A DNA stretch of 64,000 bases, taken from NCBI GenBank assembly GCA_015680685.1, contig MNCI01002384.1:860493-924492 (forward strand), in the 5' to 3' direction. Below are positions 62,311 to 64,000 of this stretch, in pieces. Below the pieces are notes generated by a model. That model ran no database searches. It was not told the origin of the DNA and worked only from the letters and a program-made list of their open reading frames with translations. The translations under genes and the position numbers were made by a program. The stretch's first letter is position 1; each line of letters opens with the position of its first letter. This DNA is from Gnetum montanum. Lineage: Eukaryota > Plantae > Gnetophyta.

Positions 62311-64000
62311 TTCTACATGTGCCTGCTAAAATTTTGTAAAGTATCTATTTTTGTTAAAATGTATACTAACTTTTGTAATCCTATACAATCTAGCACTTAG
62401 AGTTAGTAGAGTCAATTAGTTTGTCTATCTATTTGTTTGGGAGTTAATAAATTCCAAACTTCTCCAGATTTTGTAAGAAGCTCGATCCTTCTTTTTTTAA
62501 CTTGAGGATGAGTTTTTAGTTAGTCTTGGAGATATGATGAATTGTGATAATACAGGCTACGTTGATGGACATGTGTTGAGGTAACCACGTCAATGTATCC
62601 CCATTGATGCATGGTTTGATGCATTGACGCTAACACAAGTAGGGCCTATATAAATACAACTATCATCCTCATTTATGACATATTAAATTAGTAGCATAGT
62701 GAAGCCCTTGTACGTTTATTTTCCCAAAGTTAAAATATTTTCTCTCTGAGTGTCCATAGTATGAATTAAAGAGATTGTACAATATTTTATTCAAATTCCA
62801 TGTACTTAAATGCATTGGCATGAATGGTAATAAAGTCATGATTTTTGACATTCATTGTAGCACTTGAATTAGTTTAATCTTTCCTATTTGCACTTTACTT
62901 TCATGGTTTTAATTAGTTAATATACTTAATCATAAATGCATAAGTACAACCACTTTGAACATAACGTATTACACTTGGTATCCTAGTAGTGGATAATTGG
63001 TACACCTAGTAATGTCCACTTAATAACTTAGTAGTATTGATATGAGTTTGGGATGTGTACGGTAAGTGGGAATGGCTACTTATGTTAGGATAGTTAGTCA
63101 CTAGATTAACTAAGTAGTTAAATAGTTAATTATTAAATCTTCATTTACTCATCTAGATGTTAGAATAAAAAATATGTAAAAATACAAATAAATAGTAAAT
63201 ATCATAAGCCTTAACTCATATTTATCCATACATACTAATAACACAAATGTGAGTTAAGAAGATAATGATCATATAACCCTTCCTTTATAGTTTAAGACTA
63301 TGGATAAACTTAAGAATTATGTCCACAAAATTTAATAGGATAGTTGGTGCACTCTTATGATTTATATGGTTGGGTGTAGGGGATACCCGCTACTCATTAC
63401 TAATGTTTAAGAATCCTTGTAAGAGAGGTACATAATAATGTTAATAGTTATATAATGATGTTAATTAACAAAAATATTAATCTATTTCTTTGATAAACAA
63501 TAATGCTTTAGTTATGTTTGTTTTCTACATACAAGTACAAAAGCCAAGGAGATGAAGAAAGCTAAAAGAGATTAAGATATCAACTTGGAGAAGTCTAACT
63601 AGAAGAGGCAGAAAACAAGAATAGTTAAAAAAGAGATAATCAGGAGGATCATCTATTAATGATCATTTGAAGGAACAATTAGGGTGGGGGATGATCAAAA
63701 GGATCATCAGTTAGACGATCATAAGAAGCATTATCAGGAGGAGGATCAAAATCGAGAGAGCTCTAAAACTTCAAAGCTAGCTAAATTTGTAAATTCTATT
63801 TTCAGTTATTCATTCTTCTCCTTTTCCTTACCTAAACTTGATGATGTATACAATCTAGAATTATCATCTAAAGTAGATTCACTTCACAATTAATTCACCT
63901 TCCAAACACTAAATCCAGCTATTATGAAAAAATAATAATATGCTAGGAAATAATAAAACTAGTTATATTTAATTATTACAAGAAGAGATTGCAATATGGT

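Larger units (their letters stand above)
59390..63399 (+). mobile_element. Athila-like deletion derivative (truncated 5' LTR, no gag or pol, partial extra ORF, intact 3' LTR)
   Basis: Perfect TSD CTAAT (59385-59389 and 63400-63404). 5' LTR remnant 59390-~59710 and 3' LTR 62535-63399 (TGATGA...ACTCATTA). Internal sequence homologous to 54085-55160 and 56720-58460. Confidence 0.9.

Noticed and set aside
63540-63893. Acidic/charged ORF fragment with a possible upstream intron
   Set aside because: Short, interrupted by stops, low complexity and cut by the window edge; cannot be assigned.

Overview
AT-rich, strongly CpG/CHG-depleted eukaryotic (land-plant) genomic DNA, made almost entirely of nested, decayed retroelements around one intact host gene. 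The host gene is a single-exon-CDS BYPASS1/DUF793-family gene on the minus strand (25685-26872) in a CpG-retaining island. Left to right: (i) a minus-strand Tekay/Del-type Ty3/gypsy element and a complete SIRE-like Ty1/copia element, both inserted 43 bp apart into the integrase of a plus-strand Tekay element; (ii) a relatively young pol-less Athila-like element (15389-22523); (iii) two RTEX-like LINE remnants flanking the host gene; (iv) two copies of an RT-less CRM-like chromovirus family, one nested inverted in the LTR of the other; (v) a full-length Athila-like element (46544-59309) and a deletion derivative (59390-63399) inserted about 75 bp apart. The most interesting signal is a module shared by the three Athila-like elements. 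It has an internal promoter-like block that copies each element's own LTR palindrome array plus a TATA box. In the two copies that retain it, a conserved short intron ends exactly at the ATG of a conserved, unannotated coiled-coil ORF. The module is kept even in copies that have lost pol. All alignments were done by eye, so identities and degenerate boundaries are approximate.
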